From the NCBI RefSeq assembly GCF_001194135.2, contig NC_068987.1, positions 49,105,533-49,169,532 of the forward strand: DNA of 64,000 nt, in the 5' to 3' direction. Every line of letters starts with the position of its first letter. The stretch's first letter is position 1. Below, one piece after another: positions 61,405 to 64,000 of this stretch. A program made the position numbers and the translations under genes. Under the pieces are notes generated by a model that was given only the letters and a program-made list of their open reading frames with translations, was not told the DNA's origin and did not search any database. This DNA comes from Octopus bimaculoides (taxonomy: Eukaryota).

Positions 61405-61954
61405 TACAGGTGTGGCTAGTCCCACTGCATGACACCTTAGGCAAGTGTCTTCTACTATAGCCTTAGGTCGATCAAGCCTTGTGATTGGATTTAGCAGATA
61501 GAAACTGAAAGAAGCCTGTTGTGCATATACATACATACACACACACATATATGTATGTATATATTTGTATATGTGTCTTTATGTCTGTGTTTGCACCCCA
61601 TCACCGCTTGACAACCAGTGTTGGTGTGTTTATGTCCCTGCAGTTTAGCAGTTCAGTAAAAGAGACTGATAGAATAAGTACTAGGCTTTAAAAAGTAAGT
61701 CCTGGTCGATTTGTTTGACTAAAACCCTTCAAAGCGGTGCTCCAGCATGGTCACAGTCAAATGACTGAAACAAGTAAAAGAATAAGAGAATAATTGATGC
61801 AGGCATGGCTGTGTGGTAAGAACCTTGCTTCCCAATCAGATGATTCTGAGTTCAGTCCCACTGCATGGCACCTTAGGCAAGTGTCTTCTACTATAGTCTT
61901 GGGCTGACCAAAGCTTTCTGAATGGATTTGGTGGACAGAAACTGAAAGAAGCCC

Positions 61955-61996
<42 letters not shown>

Positions 61997-62075
61997 CGTA
62001 CATGTGTGTGTGTAAGCATGTGTGTGTCTTTGTGTTTGCACCCCAGTGTCTTTGTGTTTGCACCAGACAACTGGT
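61405..62075 (+). mobile_element. Two tandem SINE family A copies (61405-61785 and 61795-62075)
   Basis: Two successive family A heads with internal microsatellites. Confidence 0.85.
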
Positions 62076-62434
62076 TTATCATCATTGTTGTTGTAGTTAT
62101 CATCATCATCATTGTCCTCCTCTTCATCGTCCTCATCATTAATATTTTAATTGGCACCAAACAAAATGGAGAATGAAATCCTTTTGTATTCCAAGGCCAA
62201 ATCTTGCTGAAGGTCAACTTTGGTTTTCGTCCTTTCAGGATCATTAATATACGTACCAAACAAAGTATTGGAGTCAATTAAACTGACTACACCCCTGTTC
62301 TGTGAATTTAGGATAGTGTACCATTGGCAGAAACCATAGTAGTGGTGACAGTGGTGGTGGTAAGGGTGGTGTTAGGGTAGTGAGGATGGTGATGATGGTG
62401 GTGCTGGTGATGACAATAGTAATAAGGTGGAGGA

Positions 62435-62566
62435 GAAGACGAAGAAGAAGAAGAAGAAGAAGAAGAAGAAGAAGAAGAAGAAGAAGAAGAAGAAGAAGAA
62501 GAAGAAGAAGAAGAAGAAGAAGAAGAAGAAGAAGAAGAAGAAGAAGAAGAAGAAGAAGAAGAAGAA
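62435..62566. repeat. (GAA)n microsatellite
   Basis: Direct inspection. Confidence 0.95.
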
Positions 62567-62747
62567 CGACAAAGTTGATGGTGATGATAATGAATAAATA
62601 AATATAAATAGATTGATTAAGAAATGAAATCTACCTACAAATGCTTATCTGCAGTGCGTAGATATGCTAACCAACAACCTAATCCAGGCCTTCTATTTTT
62701 ACCTGCAACTTCAGTTGTTGCAGTACTAGCTTTGCTTATGGCAAACA

Positions 62748-62813
<66 letters not shown>

Positions 62814-63020
62814 AATAGATAAATAAAAGCCTAGTTAATACGAAGCCCATTCAGCTATGTTGTAGTCAGCAGTACACCTACATACATCACTGCATTGACA
62901 TTCCAGACTCTCTTTGAAATAACACCAACTACGACAACAACAGTAATAATAATGATGGAAAAAATAATGATCAAGATAATAACAATAATAATGATAATAA
63001 AAATAATAATAATAATAATG

Positions 63021-63060
<40 letters not shown>

Positions 63061-63064
63061 TCCT

Positions 63065-63275
63065 TTCTACTATAGGCACAAGGCTTGGATTTTGTGGAGA
63101 GGGGGACATTTGGTCACATCAACCTCAGTACTCAACTGGTATTTGATTTATTGACCCTGAAAGGATGCAAGGTAAAGTTGACCTCAGCGGAATTTGATAT
63201 CAGAACATAGTGGCAGACGAAATACCGTTAAGCATTTCGCCCAGTATGCTAACGATTCTGCCAGCTCACTGCTTA
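63065..63275 (-). mobile_element. SINE family B within (TAA)n
   Basis: GTTGACCTCAGCGGAATTTGATATCAG...GCTAACGATTCTGCCAGCTC. Confidence 0.8.
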
Positions 63276-63294
63276 ATAATGATAATAATAATAA

Positions 63295-63800
63295 ATGCCC
63301 TGATGCAGTACCAGACAGTGATTCTCATGGCTTTTCATCTTAACTGATTGGAAGTGGTATCATGTACATTGTTTTGTCTTGATATAATAGATGGGCTACA
63401 GCAAATATTCTGCTCAGTACCACAGATTAGCTTGTCAGTTGTTTGACCTTAACCAGTTGAGCATGTCCCTTAGTGACTAACGATATGTGCATCTCTGATC
63501 ATGATCAGAAGTAGTGGGGAGCATCAAAGCCATGTTGGGGTTTGGATAATTCACCTTTGGAAACATGGGTGTTTCGTTCAACATCCTTAAACAACCCTTA
63601 TTCAGGGACCTTTTTGAGTGGGATGGGCTACTCGACTTGAAGAAAATTCTAACCAGCAAGGTCATTCACTGTTTATCTTGATATGAGATCATTATGTTGT
63701 GCACATATGGTTATACCTTTATCAGACAGGAAGTCATGATGGGTATACTGGGCTTTGCATATTTTACCCCAGTGTCACTTTGATGGTATGCACTTCTCTC
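63295..63800 (-). mobile_element. Probable non-LTR retroelement 3' region ending in (ATT)n
   Basis: Non-low-complexity ~500-bp block bounded by (TAA)n on both sides; resembles a repeat I recall from octopus DNA; family not determined. Confidence 0.4.
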
Positions 63801-63806
63801 TTACTC

Positions 63807-63845
<39 letters not shown>

Positions 63846-63859
63846 CGTAATAATAATTC

Positions 63860-64000
63860 AATGAGAAGATAAACAACTTTTTGGAGAAAGCAGTAAGAGT
63901 GTGGGAAGCAGAACTGACATGTGCAAATGTAACAGGAAAATACACAGAAGCATTTTCCAGGGAGACTTGCACTCTCTGTTACTTTTTGTCATTGTACTAA
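63860..64000 (+). mobile_element. R4/Dong/NeSL-like RT fragment
   Basis: SIFQGDLHSLLLFVIVL resembles GIFQGDSLSPLLFVIA; WEAELTC resembles W.TELT; starts at the edge of a (TAA)n tract. Confidence 0.55.

Noticed and set aside
63650-63725. Weak similarity to 5S rRNA (ccata...gatctc...aagataaacag...ctggttag on the minus strand)
   Set aside because: Scattered short matches only, internal to a longer repeat; not supportable as a 5S gene or SINE3 head without alignment.

Overview
This is AT-rich eukaryotic (metazoan) draft-assembly DNA with more than 20 N-gaps, most of them flanked by microsatellites. The repeat families look like those I associate with Octopus/coleoid cephalopods; this is recognition-based inference, not a database result. 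I could not identify any intact host protein-coding gene, rRNA, tRNA gene or CRISPR array. The window is dominated by mobile-element debris: about 15 RTE-clade LINE fragments and 3' tails, two abundant tRNA-type SINE families, CR1/L2 and R4/Dong-like fragments, a structurally complete but mutated Tc1-like element with a DD36E triad, DD34D mariners, pogo, hAT and piggyBac remnants and MITEs, and a Helentron-associated (HINE-like) element. The main unexplained signals are four. (1) Five minimal type I hammerhead-ribozyme-like motifs from about four different Penelope-like repeat families, two of them with a non-canonical CUGUUGA-type core. (2) Several long fold-back inverted repeats. (3) A 66-bp VNTR in the RTE 3' region. 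(4) Small segments with strong splice sites, including a 12-nt candidate microexon with an upstream UGC, which may mean the window is intronic to a large minus-strand gene. The exon calls are low-confidence because splice-like motifs arise often by chance in such DNA. Element boundaries were read by eye and are approximate.
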